Positions 12,621 to 27,378 of a stretch of DNA of 64,000 nt are shown in pieces. Origin of the DNA: the human T2T-CHM13v2.0 reference genome, Homo sapiens; assembly GCF_009914755.1 (NCBI RefSeq), contig NC_060942.1. One strand, 5' to 3'. Position 1 is the stretch's first letter. Every line of letters starts with the position of its first letter. A model generated the notes under the pieces. That model did no database searches. It saw nothing but the letters and a program-made list of their open reading frames with translations, and was not told the DNA's origin. A program made the translations under genes and the position numbers.

Positions 12621-14405
12621 TGCAGTATAAATGTGGGGCTACAAGAGACATTAATTGAGGTACACCGACTTCGTGTCATGCCAACACAGTTTTTCTCCAT
12701 TGGTACATTTTAGGCAAAATGCTATTCCATCAAATTGCATTGAAAGTGTTTATTTACAAAACCCAGGTTGAGCCACGTCTGCACTTTCTGAGCATATCGT
12801 GATGATCATTGGTCATTACTGGAGAGGTTTAGTAGAGCTGATGGACTTATGTAATACCGATTTGGAGCCACTAACTTAAAGTGTGTAATTTTAGGACTTT
12901 CTTAAATAGGACAAATGCTTCACATGGTTTTATGCCTCAGTGGGTGTCTCAAATATAAAGATTCTTATCCTATTGGTAGATATTTTGGTGGTTAACTTTG
13001 TTGGAAAATGCATAAGGAATTATTACATTTTATTTTTGGATACATGCTTGCATTCATTTGTATCCTATCCATAATATGGGACTGAATACAGAAAAAATCA
13101 TACAGAATTTCTTGGCAGACTCCACTAGATGATTGTGCAGATCATTATTTTAAATAAGTGGACTTTAATGCATAGTTAACTGATACTTTATTCTAGGAGA
13201 TTGTGATGAATTATATCTTAAAGCAATATGTAAAAGCTTAAGTGGTCGAAAGAGAAATAAATATAGCTATTTAATTAATTGTCTGCCGGACAATTGTAAT
13301 GCCTCTGTCTGGTGGGTGGACAAATTGAAACAACTGATTATGCAGCATTAGTAAGTGTCTAATTGGATATGTGGGGTAGCATATTAATATAGTGGCACTT
13401 TTAGAGAGGGTGTCACTGGAAATTTGTTTTTCAAATGACCAGTCCTTATTTGTATGCTTTGAGTCCTCTAATATGTGGTTGTTTCTTAATTGTATATTTC
13501 CTTGCTTTGTATCTTTCCTTGAAAGAGGTATCTTTTATATTTATTCTGTTACCCATAGAAAATGCATAAAAAATTGAAATCCTTGGCATAAAACTTGAAG
13601 GTGCAGACTAGGTTTGATCCAGTGCTTTTCAAAGTAAGTATAAATAAATGAGGTTTCTGGTAGTCATCTTGGGAAATTATGAAAACCATCATATGCCTTC
13701 TCATGACACATCTTTTTTCTCTGTTGAAGACGCATCCTATTACACACCTTGTGAAAATGGTGTCACCTCCCTAATTGTACTCTGTAAACAAAACATCCCT
13801 TAGTTCCTGATTGTCCTGGCTTACTGTGGAGTGACAGGCTGCAATTTGCCAGTAGGTCAACCACTGAACTGATGACAAGTGACCTTTCTAACACTGCAAT
13901 CAATGCTTGTTATTTGGAAAACAAAATGATACAGTTTGTATTTTTTAGCAGATGGGTCATTGGGTCAACCCACCACTGACATGTGAATTTGTTACTTGGG
14001 CTGGATGAGTCAGTTCAGACAGAAATGTTAATTTATTTGAATTGATCTGAGTCTTGCTCTTATAAAAAGGTGTTGGACATTTGTTGATGGCACAAATTAT
14101 TACAAATAATTGGTTTTATACATCAGTCAAACAAAGACTTTTAGAGGGCCCACTTGATACAATAGCATTATATACTAGCTTTGGGAAGCATTCACCATAA
14201 TGTATTTTCTCCACACTTGATATTTCTCAATGGTTTTGAGAAAACCCAATTTACATAAGTGATCTTGCATGTGTCATATTTAAATAGTATCTCTCCCCAT
14301 GTTGCCTGAAATGTGTTTGGTGTTAGACCCCATGAAGAGTCAGGAGGATGATTAAGTTCTGGAAAAAATGCTGGGAAGAGATGAACTGTCATAAGAGATA
14401 GCCCC

Positions 14406-14788
14406 TGTGGTTGTCAGCGTTGTTGAATGACTGCTTCCAGCTTTCACCTGCTAGAAACATGGGAACATTGGGCATCTCTGTTGCATTTGACTTAGATGTT
14501 ACTGCACATGCTTTGGCTGGTGAGTGTGAGTGAAAGTGACATGTGCTATTTTCAGGCAGAAGCTGCTAGAACCAGGATGAGAGTCAAGGTGTTCTCTCCC
14601 CTTCTTCCTGTCACGGTGACTGTGGCAGCATTGAGACGCTTTTAGCCCAGATGCCTGAGTGAGGAAGATGTAGAAATGCCTTCCCTTGCCCCTCACACAT
14701 TCACACACACTCAGATGACTGCAGTGGGTGTGTGCCTGAATGAGAAATAAGCTGTGTTGTATATGCCACTGAGATTTTGGAGTTGTTG
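14406..14788 (+). mobile_element. MaLR LTR (MLT1I/J-like)
   Basis: aagtgacatgtgctattttcaggcagaagc…tgagaaataagctgtgttgt…gccactgagattttggagttgtt. Confidence 0.7.
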
Positions 14789-15122
14789 AATGGTTCTCTA
14801 ACTCTTTGGTCTTAGGACTCCTTTATACTCTGTAAATGTTTTGAAAAATCCGCAGAGCTTTTGTTCAAGTGGGTAATATCTACTTCTATTTTCTGAATTA
14901 GAAATTAAAACTGAGAAAGTTTGAAAACACAAGAGTCCATAAACATCTCTTCCATTGGGCATCAGAGCAGTGGTGTAGACCTGTGAGAGTTGAGCGTGAA
15001 CTGAGAATAATAAAGTCAAATAATGTCTTCTTATGATCATGAAAATAGTTTTGACCTTGTGGCCTCCCTGAAAGGGTCTCAGGGATTTCAGGGGTCTCTG
15101 GCAGATACTTTGAAAACGACTG
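14789..15122. mobile_element. Charlie1-family non-autonomous hAT element (MER106-like)
   Basis: Both Charlie1 termini present: ggttctctaactctttggtcttaggactcctttatactc … catgaaaatagttttgacctt…tactttgaaaacgactg. Confidence 0.75.
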
Positions 15123-16082
15123 ACCTAGGCCATGCTAAGTGATGAGCATACCTCGATAAGTTACAGTTACAGGCTCAGAGAAGTTGAGAAGGAAAAGAAA
15201 GAAGGGAAAAAGATTTTGGAAGCATTGCAAAAGACTATCCCTGAGTGTTAGGGTTTTCTTTTTCTTTTTGAATAAAGTCAATATAAATAATTCATTCCTG
15301 TTTTTGAGAAGTAGTCCCTCTTTATACTAATAAATGCCTATTTTACTAGGCTATCAAATGAAATAATGCACATAAAATTATATTGTATGAAGCCACATAA
15401 CTGTAAATATTAATTCTATGAAGGTTGAGATTATGAAATATTTTGCTTTGGAAAAATATGAAAGTATGAGTAGTATTCATATACTTAGAATTAGGTGTAG
15501 GCTTTCTGGATGGTAGAGGGTTGGAGAAAGTGAAATATTAAAACATATATGAGTGAGCTTATCTAAGTTCCATCAGTAGTGCTGCTTCTGGGAGTTTTAA
15601 CGGTGAAATTGTCATATATATTGTAATGATGAAATAATTCCAACCCCTTTTATGAAGTGTGTAGTGACAAAATGATACAAAGGTGGCTAAACATGTTTTG
15701 AAAGACTTGAAAATTGTGCTTAATGGAAATTTCATGTGCATGGATAGCAAATCCCATAGGTGAATAGTCACATGCCTATCAATAGCCCAATTCTGTAAGG
15801 CAACATATTTATTTCCTAAGAAATGAGTCCTAACAGAATTTGCTAATATTTGAAAGGCATCATAGACAAACATTTTCTGAGCTTTTTGTTAATATAGCCA
15901 TGGGAAAGGTTACCAAGGGAATCTGATGATCTTTATAGATTTGTCCAGCTGTTATAGATAGTTAATATTTAAGCTTCAGGAAGGAGACCTAAGTGGGTGA
16001 CCTCCCTAGCTTTTTGGTTCTCCTTTTTTTTCAGTAAATACTTATGAAGTATGTACTGTGGAATAGCTGTTATTGTATCCTA

Positions 16083-16431
<349 letters not shown>

Positions 16432-18384
16432 CTATGTACAAGGTTTCTGAGGTCACAGATTTCTGAGGTTAGCAAAGTTGATCAATGCTTTACTTGACAG
16501 AAAAATCAAGCATTAGAATAATGCACTGAATGGAAGAAAAGAAAATTAAATTCATGAAGTGGCATAGACTTGCTGAAGATTAATTTCCTCTACTAATTGG
16601 CTACCCATTATGGTGGTTTTTGAAGCCTGGGACTCACTTAAGAAAGGGCTTGTTATCTGGAGTCCCTAGCAGGCTGAAAACGCTAAGATTTGATAGATGT
16701 AATCAAGACAGCCAGAAGTCGCTATCTGCCCATTTGCTCTGGCTGGCATCTTTAGGAAGCTGAATACATATCATTCTCCTTTCTCAAGTATAGTTGTGCT
16801 TGTGCAGGGAAGGGTTGCCTTCGCTGAGAGACCGCTTATCTTCATAAAATGCCTATATTTTGTTCATATACGGTTACCCTGGCACTGAAAAGAGAAATGG
16901 TTGTGTGTTGTTTCATTGCAACCTTTAAGTAATAAAAGTCTGTAGTTGTGATTAGTATGAGCATTCACATTTTCTTACCCCTGAAATGAGGCAGTAGCTT
17001 CTTTTCTCATTTAATTTATCTTTAATAAGATTGTTGATAAGCTTTAAGCCATGCCACACTTTAAAATTTCAGTAATTCCTTAAATCCCCCAGCAGATGGA
17101 GACGTGGAATTCTTTGCTCCTTCACTGGGGCCTCTGCTGTTGCCCCAGGTGACTTTGCTTGACTTCTAGTTAAGATGCAGTGTCAGGTTTTGCAAATGAG
17201 CTAATGAATATGCTCTTTTGCATTTCTTTTCCTCCTCTTGTTGGCCTGCTTAAGAGTTCTTACTTACTTTTGCATCTCATAAGGTCATTATCATTACTGA
17301 CCTTCCCCAGTAGATACGAACAATATTTTCTTTAGAGACATATTCTCAGCAAAGCACAGAAGAGAGAATCCTCTGAGCTCCAGGGGAGCACGTTTAAATC
17401 CCATGTGAGCCTTTCACAGGCAGCATCCTGCCCATGTTTTGATTCAGAGTAAATCCCAGAGGTCAGATGCTTTTTCAGCCAGCAGGGTAAAGTTTGGTCA
17501 CGGTTTTCTGGGATCAGCATAGCGGCTAGAGAGCCTCTCCTCTGTGGCTTGTGGCTCTGCATACCCACTGACACAAAGAGGAAGGGATTATTAACAGTCT
17601 TATTTTGAAAGGGTCTTCTGATTCAAGTGATTATTTTTCTTTCCTCCCTGATTCACTTATATCTATTTTACGAGTATTAAAGAGGAGATCTCTCTAAGAC
17701 TTATCTTTGACAAATGCAATAAAACCTTTCAAAAGTATTAATTGGTGTGAAGCCCTTTAGAAAGTCATGCCATTTGTTGCATTTCCTGCCTTTATTGCTA
17801 TTTCTACTAATCACCTGGGAAAAATTACTGGTTTTTAAATTCTTAAGTCCAGTTCTTTCTAAGCTGATAAACTTTCTCCCAGTAAATTAAAAAGAAAAGG
17901 AAGGTAACCTTCCGAGGTAGCTCATGGGAGTGGTTGCTAACTCTTAATAATTGAAAATGAAAGTTGGTTTTAAAAAAAAAAACACATATGCAAAATAACT
18001 CACCAAACATGAATCAATAAAAAACAAATTGTGATAAAAGGCATGCTCTTTAAAGGAGCTGGTAGTTTGTCATGTTTATTTATTTTTTATTATAAGGCTT
18101 TCTTCATTATTTGAAGACTCATCTTACAAATGTGTTCTTTTCCAAGCTAAATAATGAATTACATTCATGTAAGACATTTTTACTTACCTTTTATGCCATT
18201 ATAAGAGCAAATGACATGGTTATTTCATATATGTCTATCGACTTACTGAGATCTGAGAATAGGACACATCTGAATTCAGTAGGCCCTGTGGTCTAGATCC
18301 CTTTTTTTTTCAGATTAAAGAACTTTCCAAAGAAAAGGAAACTCTTTGTTTTTTGCTAAGAATTTACATAATAGAAAAAACGTA

Positions 18385-18752
18385 TGTCTTGGTGTAACAC
18401 TAGATGCTGTGACAAATAAATCTCACAATGTCAGTAACACTGTGGACCTTTATTTCCCATTCACATTATAGTCTATTGTGGTCCCAGCTTGGAGGTGGTT
18501 GGGTTGGGAGCTTGTTACACATAGACATCCTGGTTGAAAAGGACTCTGCATCTTCAACATGTATTTTCCAAGATTCTAGATGTCAAGTGGACATCCAGAT
18601 GGCACAGGAAAAGTCCCTGGAGGATCTGTGTGGAGGTTTCTGTGGGCTAAGTCTGGAAGTGGAGAGAAAGGCAGCTGGGAGTATGGTTTAGTTGGATGCA
18701 CAGAAGAAGAAGAAAAGGACATTTGATGAGTAGCTGGCAACTTCTGCCCCAC
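18385..18752 (-). mobile_element. ERVL LTR (LTR33-like)
   Basis: gctgtgacaaataaatctcacaatgtcagt…tttgatgagtagctggcaacttctgcc. Confidence 0.6.
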
Positions 18753-19713
18753 TTGGCCTTAGAGGTTATTACTTAATAAAATGGTCCTGGTAAATTATTA
18801 CAGGAGAACATTATTTAAATTGAATATAATGATTACTTTTTTGTTCTATAAAGGAGTGCTATCTTTAAAAATCCAATTAATTGACTAAAATAATGTTTTG
18901 AGAATTAACTTTATGATGTTTTGATATAAAAGTCAAGAATTAATCCATAACAACTAGATCTTACACAAGTAGATTTTTTCCTAAGCTTTATATTATTAAA
19001 CCATACCCTAATATTTTCATAAAATATTCTCTTCCCTTAACTCTGATAATTTCCCAGATAGAGCAAAGATATATGAGCATATATTGCTACTTAATTCAGT
19101 AAAGCAAATATCATTGAATAAATGTCAGCTTTTCCAGGGAAACCACTGCATATAACCTCTCTGGATAATATATTTATCAAAAAATCAATACTAAAAGTAA
19201 ACGGATTTTTAATACATCTGAAGGAGCTTCTTAATAAACCAAAATGCTAACCCATAATTTAAAGCTGTTGGTACCAGTAGGTACTTAGAGATGACATCAT
19301 AATTTTTGTAGATTATTCTTCATAGTGGTCTGTATGCTACATTTAATTCAGTTTTTACTTTGTGCTGGGGAGATGTGATTTATTTTAGAGGCATGTAAAG
19401 ACTATTCTGGCTTCTCTTTCCACAGAGGAAAACCCCAGAAGGTGCATGAAGAGCCTGTGGCTCTTCTGATCTCTTCCCTTATGTTTTGCTCTATTCAGTG
19501 CCGGGTGGTTTTGCCTGTTTTCTCCTGTCTATCATCCCTCTGAAAACATCTGCTTAACTTCCCCGGGCTCATACCCCTTGTTATTTGGGCCTGCATTTCT
19601 CAAACTCTTGCTATCCATTGATTATATGACTGACACATAATACATTTTTTAAAAGGTCAATCACAAATTTTAAAATAATTTTTGAAAAATTGTATTTTAA
19701 ATTAACAAAAGTG

Positions 19714-19987
19714 TTTTTTTGTTTGTTTGTTTTTGCTTTTTATTTTGAGATAGGGTCTCATTCTGTCGCCAGCTGGAGTGCAGTGGTGCGATCACGGCTT
19801 ACTGCAGCCTTCACCTCCCCAGGCTTTGGGGATCCTACCACCTCAGCCTCCCAAGCAGCTGGGACTACACAACACAACACTACACCTGGCTAATTTTTTT
19901 GTTTTTTGTAGAGATGGGGTCTTTCTGTGTTGCCCATGTTGTTCTCAAACTCTTGGGCTCAAGTAATTCAACCACCTTGGCCTCCCA
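19714..19987 (-). mobile_element. AluJ (5'-clipped)
   Basis: Antisense Alu with T/TTTG tail, ending at ggcctccca. Confidence 0.9.
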
Positions 19988-20264
19988 GATATTAATAAAA
20001 GTAGCCTTTTACTAGTGAAATAATTTTTTTAAATTTTATTACCAAGTTACCTACATAGATGGCCCTTGAGATTTCTTTCTGCAGACTCTGCAAGGACCAA
20101 ATCAAGGAATGTCCCACAATTAAAAGCTGGACATTTGGATATTTCAACTTGGAGATAATAATAAATATATTCCCAGAACACAGTTTGATGGCATTTGGCT
20201 TGTACATTTTATTGAAGTGTTAGGGTGTGGTTTCTAGTTATGTTCTGTCATATGCCCAATAGGA

Positions 20265-20460
20265 AGGCAGCTGTTAGCGTAGTTGTTAAGAGCACCCTGA
20301 CTTCACCTCCTCACTACGTGACCTCATTCAGGTTACTGACTTCTCTGAGCCTCGGTTTATTCGTCTGTAAAATGGGGAAGTTTATGACTCACACCGTGAT
20401 GTTCTTATAAGAAGTAAATGAGAGAATGTGTACAGAGCTTAGGACAATGTCTGATGCAGA
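20265..20460 (+). mobile_element. MIR
   Basis: agcgtagttgttaagagc…acttctctgagcctcggtttattcgtctgtaaaatgggg…aaatgagagaatgtg. Confidence 0.85.
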
Positions 20461-20719
20461 ATCCAATTAATCATTTTCTTTTCTTATGGGTAATACTTTT
20501 AATATTGTATCTCACAATGAGGAGCACTTTCTCTTATGTTTTCTCTTAAATTTTTTTCACTTACCTTCCTTCTAAATGACAATGTTCCACTGTAGCAAAG
20601 CAGTTCTCCTTCTCCATGCACAGTGTACTTGAAATGTGGTTATTTGGAAATTTGGCTAAAAGTTGGTTATTTTCCCCATTCTTCCTTATTCAACAGTGGC
20701 TCAAGATGGGGAGGATTAT

Positions 20720-21525
20720 TGATATGGAAGGGAAGTGGTGGGAAGGGAAGGGTGTGGTCACTGGAGAGAGCTTCATGCCCGGCCTGTGCTCAGGGACCTA
20801 GGTGAGGACAGGCACTCCTGCCTTTGTGCCCAAATGTTGCATTTCCTAAGACCATCCTGGCCCACCACACCCCCATCTTGTCCCTATGAAAACCCCGAGA
20901 CCTTTGCAGGCAGACACACAAGCAGCTGGACATCGAGGGGAAAACATTAGTGGAGGAAGACATAAGGGGCTGGAGGTCAAGAGGACATCGAGGGGAACAT
21001 AGCGGCAGAAGAGCACACCACCAGACACTGGCACGCCTTCGGCCTACGGAACGATGCGGAGGTTAGCCTGGGGCAGTTGGAGGAGAGCCTGGGCCACTAA
21101 GTGGTCCGACTCCAGGGGAAAATCATCTCCCTTCTGGCTTCCCCATCTGCTGAGAGCTACTTCCACTCAATAAAACCTCGCACTCATTCTCCAATCTCAC
21201 GTGTGATCTGATTCTTCCGGTACACTAAGGAAAGAACTCTGGGATACAGAAATCCCTCTGTCCTTGTGATAGGGCAGGGGGTCTAATTGAGCTGACTTAA
21301 CACAAGCCGCCTATGGATGGCTAAACTAAAAGAGCACCTGTAACACATGCCCACTGGGGCTTCAGCTGTAAACATTCACCCCTAGACACTGCTCTGGGGT
21401 CGGAGCCCCTCACACTGCCTGTCTGTATGTTCCCCTAGAGATTGGAGCAGTGGGGCACTGAAGAAGTGAACTACTCCCCCTGTCATATACCCTGGGAGGG
21501 GGACAAGGGAACCATTCCCGTTTCA
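20720..21525 (+). mobile_element. ERV1 solo LTR, LTR1 family (copy 1)
   Basis: TGATATGG…CCCGTTTCA with 4-bp TSD TTAT/TTAT and AATAAA at 21169. Homologous to 46181-46990. Confidence 0.85.
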
Positions 21526-22854
21526 TTATGATGTTGAGTTCCACCTGGGTATGTCGTGGTGTGAGGGTGAGGACAAGAGGACCATAGGGCCCAAGTCTCA
21601 TCATTAGACTTTCCACATTATCTTCCAAAAAGGATATACTATAAGGGATAGAGACTTATGAGTAAGATTAAAAGTAGAATATGTTCATCATATCGCCAAA
21701 CCTGCTCAATCACACTGCTGACAGTGTACCAAGAATTAGTATTTTTAGTGTACTTTTTAGATTGTGAGTAGCGTAACTATATTACATTATAATTGTTATT
21801 GTTTGAAGTGTTAATATGTTAAACATTTAAAGTAATACCACTTAAAAATTAAATCTTGGCATCTATTTAATATGCCAGGGACCTCACAATAGAATTGAAA
21901 TGGACTCTTGGACCTCAAGTTGCCCTGTACCAACTGTTCCCTGGGGATAAATCAGGTATGGAGTGGTAGTTGTGGCTGTCAGCTCCCTCCACAGATACCT
22001 GGCCAGTGCTCCAGTAGCACCAACCTCAGAGGACTGTTCCCAGTCTACATCCTGGCTTACAAAAGCGAAGCTCACATATATTTAAAAGATGCTCTTCTCT
22101 CGTCAAAAGATCAAAGTTGTAGAGCACTTTTTCCTTGTGATCACCAGATGTACTAAGAGCTGATTCACGGGCTTCACTCAGGCGTTTGGCTGCTGGCAGG
22201 TATTGTGGATCGTCGTTGTTCTCCATCGAGTGCCTCTGATTTTCTGTTGCCATTGTATTTTGGCATTAGACTGGTGGCCAGTGGTGTCATTTGATGTAGG
22301 AATTCTGTCAGTAAGCTCTTCTATCTTCTCTCTGACCGTAGCCTGGTTCATCAGCCTTTCAGCTGTTTTTAGGAGCGTCTCAGAGTGGGATCTGTTTTTT
22401 AAAACTCTGAGGAGATTTTTAAACCTCTAAGGAGAACAATTTTGAATGGTGCCTGTGTAACTCAGGGTTCTTCTCTTTCTTTCCTGACAACATTCTTAGG
22501 TTTATAGAAGAAATTAATTGTGCTTGTTCTGGAAAAAAAAAAAAAAAGCTATATTGGAGTACCCAGAGAAGCCACTTTGAGACTTTCGTAAACTCTTTGT
22601 TATGTCATTGTTTGTGAGAGTGTTATGATGGTCAGTTTACAGAGGAGTTGAGGTAGATGCATTGCAGGTCAAGTTACATCTGACCTTTAGCTATTCATCT
22701 TCTGCCTTCCTATTGGTACTTTCTCTATTTTGGCAAAATCTATGAAACCATCCCTCTTTGAGGTATTTTTGAATGAACACATACTAATTTACATTGTATA
22801 TTTGTATCACACAAAGTTTTGTTCACCAAGATATTACCACTATTTTTATCGCAT

Positions 22855-23143
22855 TTTTTCTTTCTTTCTTTCTTTTTTTTTTTTTTTTTTTAGAGAGACA
22901 GGGTCTTGTTCTGTCACCCAGGCTGAAATTCAGTGGCAAGATTATAGCTCACTGAACCTTGAATTCCTGGCCTCAAGCAATCCTCCTGTTTCAGCCTCCC
23001 AAGTAGCTAGGACTACAGGCATGCACCACTACAGCTAATTTTTAAATTTTTTATAGAGACAGAGTTTCACTATTTTGCCCAGGTTGGTCTCGAACTCTTG
23101 GGCTCAAGTGATCCTCCTGCCTTGGCCTCCCAAAATGCTAGGA
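22855..23143 (-). mobile_element. AluJ
   Basis: Antisense J-type dimer with poly-T tail. Confidence 0.9.
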
Positions 23144-25237
23144 ATAAACCACTTTTGAAACAGGATTTGTTTTTTTGAATTTGGACTCAAACACCACACA
23201 GCAATAACAAAGATGGTAGATTTAACAGATGTGATTAGTAACAAGCAGATGATGTAAATACACATTAACGGATGTTCACTGGTGATTGGCTGAACCTGCA
23301 GAGATCAGTGCCTGTGGATGGCAGGTGCCCCTTATGCTCACACAAGTCACAGGCCAGGCTGCAGATCACAGTACAGATCCCCTAACTTTGAATTTTGAGG
23401 AAAAGAAACACACACATGCGTAACCTATAAGAGTAAACAAAAATCACTTGCATTACTATGCAAACTTAGACCACATGGTTCAAAAAGTGTGGGCAGGAGG
23501 GCATGGGTACACTTTTTACCCTGCCTTTGCTGGAGCCAATTCATTCTGGGAGAGCAGCGTGAGAGCTCACCTCACTCCACAGCAGGTCTGAGCAGGGTAC
23601 AGCAGTGTCACCCAAGGGGGTGTCCCTGATACCGTGGGCCATTCCCAGTGGTAGGGGAGCAGGCCAAATGCCACAGTCCTCTGAGGCTCAATGGCTCTTC
23701 AAGTCCACCAGACTTAGAGCAGTGGAGTCCAAGCAGCTCTGGATGCTGTTGTCAACCTCCAGTCACATCACTGGGTTCAGATTCACCCCCACACCCGTAT
23801 CGCCATAACACAATGCTTTACAATCTGAGGCCTAATTTAGCCAGTCATCTGGTGACCATCTCAAGGGACCTTTGTCCAGTGGTGCACTGAGCCTGAGCAT
23901 GCCAGCCTAAAGGGGAATTTTCTTGTCATTTCCCTCTGGATGCGTGTATATAGCACACATGTAACTTTTAGGGACCAAACAATTATTACCAAGGTGACTG
24001 TGAACATCATGACTTTTCTTATATTTCACATCTGTGACACGTATGCAGTGGCTGCATCACCATTGGGGGTCACCAGATAGAGGTCAGTGCTTCATGATGC
24101 CACGTGTCCATGACAGACTCAGCTCCACTCATGTACCTGTCCTTTTTCACCCTGAGCACTGGTTTCTAGGTTCTCTAAAATGAAGATGAAACGCCTACTT
24201 GAGTCGAGTGTCTAGGGCTGGGCTTTAATCAGTGCACATGGCCTCATCTCTTGTGACCCTGCTCTACTGTCCTGAAGCACATGCAGGTGCCTGGCCTTGC
24301 CTGCCTCCCTGCTGTCACTGCTCATGACACTGGTCTGTGAAGCCTCCTGTCCTGTCCTGAGGTCCACCAGACATTTGCTGTTTGTCCTTTGTGCTCCTGT
24401 TGCTTTGTGTGGAGATTAACAAGGTGCTGCCTTTATTTCTCTATTGCATTTGATGTGCCCATATCCAATGCCAGCCTCTCTTCTCCTTAAGATTAGGGTG
24501 TTCCTCCACTCAGAGTAGCCTCATCTCTGACCCTTCAGTTTGTTTGTGTAACGTTGCAGTGATCTTCAACATTGCAGTTGAAGATGACAATGTTGAAAAT
24601 AGATAATTTTGCAGATCATCTAGATGGCTTACCAGCTAGTTAGATGCATGTGAACTCATGTGGGCTTTTAGGCTGTTGTCTGAAAATACTCAATTGAGCA
24701 TAATCCTCACTTCTTCTGGCCTTCAAATGTGGGAAAGCAGCACCCAGGAGAATGTGCTGTGATGACAGCAGCAGCAGAATCCCTGGAACATCGAGTTCCT
24801 AGAAGATTGTCTTTTTCATAGCAAGGGCCTGGATGACACCTGCAGTGTTTCAGGCAATCTAGTGTGTTCTTTAGCCACAGTCTTGAGAGCTGCTAATCTT
24901 AAATTTAGGGTCTGCAGCTGCTGCTGCCAGCACTGGTGGACATTCCTTCCAGCTGCAGAATCCCCTCTAGCCACTGGGATTTAATTTTTAACCTTGATAT
25001 CTGCCTTGACTTCGGATGTCCCTGTGCTATTTTCATTGAAGCAGGGGAGGACTCTTCCATTCAAGTTAGGACTCTCTAATTAGATTAATTAATTAGGTCT
25101 TGTGGTCTGCTGGTGATAGGTACCCTAGGGTTAGAGGTCTCCCACTTGAGTGACAGAGATGAGTGAGCTTGTGATATGCTATCTGTGCAAGAAAGAGTAA
25201 ATAAAATACCCACGAGGGTTGGTAGTTCAAAAATCTC

Positions 25238-25668
<431 letters not shown>

Positions 25669-25719
25669 TCAACACCTCTCAATCTCTTTCAGTTCAGCTC
25701 TGATTTTTGTTTTTTCTTT

Positions 25720-26990
25720 AGACCATATTTTTGTGCATGATGTGAAATAAGGGCCAAATTCATTTTCCCTCTTCCTTTCTCCTTCTCTCTCCTTATGTCT
25801 TCTTAACACTCTTTTTGCTTCCTGCTAACTTCCAATATGGAAACTCACATTCCCCAACACCGTAATTTAAAAGACGATTATTCTCTGTTCTGTACCTTTG
25901 TTAAATAAATGTAAACACATAAACATATACCTATATGTATTTATGTATCTGGGCTCCTCATTCTGTTCCATTGCTTAATTTGTCCATTTTTGCACCGGTA
26001 ATTACACAGACTTGACAACTATGGTTGTATGCTGTGTTTTGATATCTGCTAGACCAAGTCCCACCTTGTCCCTTTTCATGTTAAGAGTATCTTAGATACT
26101 GTTTTAGTCTGTTTGTGTTGCTATAACAAAATACCCAAGACTGAGTAATTTATAAATAATAGAAATTTATTTCCCACAGTTCTGGAGGCTGGGATATCCA
26201 AGACCAAGTTACTGATGGATTTTGTGTCTGGTGAAGGCTCACTGCTTCCAAGATAGTGCCTTGCTGCTGCATCCTCACATGGCAGAAGGAGGAAGGGCAA
26301 AAGGGCAGATGGAGCTCTCTGAAGCTTCTTTTATAAGGACATGAATCCTCTCCATGAGGACAGAGCTTTCAGGGCCCAATCATCTCCCAAGTGCCCCCCT
26401 TCTTCATACTATCAACTTAGAAGTTCTAATATATGAATTTTGGAGAGACATGCACATTCAAGTCATAGCCAATACTACTGGCATTTCCATGTGAACCTTA
26501 AAGGGAACTTGTCAAGTAAGGCTTTGGTTATATTAAATCTATAGATCAGTTTGGGAGAGGTTAATGTCTGCAATATATCATGTCTTTTAATCAGTGGTTT
26601 TGATATCCCCATTTATTTAGATCTTCTTTTTTCTTGCTAATTGAGGCATGAATATATATACCTTTTAAAGAATATATATAATCTACTTACCTGATAATTC
26701 CTTGAACACCTTTGGTTAGATTTATTCTTGTTAGTTGATATTTTTTGATGCAATTATAAATGTTGTCTTTTTAAAAAAAATGTTGCTGATACATAGAAAT
26801 GTATTCTACATTTTTATGTTGAACATGTATCTTCCTGCCTTGTTAACTTCAGTTACAAATTCTTTAAGGTTTTCTGTAGATTATTCTGTAATTTTTATAT
26901 GCATATATAACATCCTTATTTTGTTCCTGATCTTAAAAGGAAATATTTCCATGAAACATCATTAATCATTAAATAATGGTATTTACTAAG
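25720..26990 (-). mobile_element. Degenerate L1ME ORF2 fragments hosting a MaLR LTR
   Basis: ctgggctcctcattctgttccattg and attaaatctatagatcagtttgggagag are antisense L1 ORF2 motifs. Confidence 0.6.
26100..26470 (-). mobile_element. MaLR solo LTR (MSTC/MSTD/MLT1A-like)
   Basis: tgttttagtctgtttgtgttgctataacaaaatacc…cacagttctggaggctggga…acattcaagtcatagc. Degenerate 5-bp TSD gatac/aatac. Confidence 0.85.
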
Positions 26991-27288
26991 ATCCCTTTAT
27001 GCTGTCCTTACCTTTAACTGGGGTACAAGGCATGGCAGTATCTGTGAAAGTGACAGGATACTACCCTGCCCTAAATCTAGTAAGTATTGTGGGATATTTG
27101 GATTTGGGCATCTTACAAATATGAATCTAGGTGTATCCTAAGCAATAAAGTTGTCCCAGCTACTGCAAGCCCACATTAATTGTACCTATTACTAGTATGA
27201 ACATTGGAAACATTAAATCCCCCCCTTCAGTTGATAGCACTTACGTTAAATAGCCAGGTGAGCGCCAAAGCATACACTAAATCTATTA

Positions 27289-27329
27289 CAGCGCTGCCCA
27301 ATGTCATTTTTGGTCATGGTGGAAATATT
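27289..27329 (+). mobile_element. MER3 left part
   Basis: cagcgctgcccaat…ggtggaaatatt resembles the MER3 5' end (cagcgctgtccaat…gatggaaatgtt). Confidence 0.6.
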
Positions 27330-27331
27330 AA

Positions 27332-27378
27332 CAGCCATGCATTGCTTAACCACAGGGATATGTTCTGAGAAATGACTG
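27332..27378 (+). mobile_element. Miniature Tigger3 remnant
   Basis: cagccatgcattgcttaaccacagggatatgttctgagaaatg is the Tigger3 5' end. It finishes with atgactg, like the right TIR. Confidence 0.75.

Noticed and set aside
21884-22430. Cluster of overlapping ORFs in moderately GC-rich unique sequence (possible exon or retrocopy)
   Set aside because: No recognisable protein, no convincing splice-site pair, and no poly-A or TSD.
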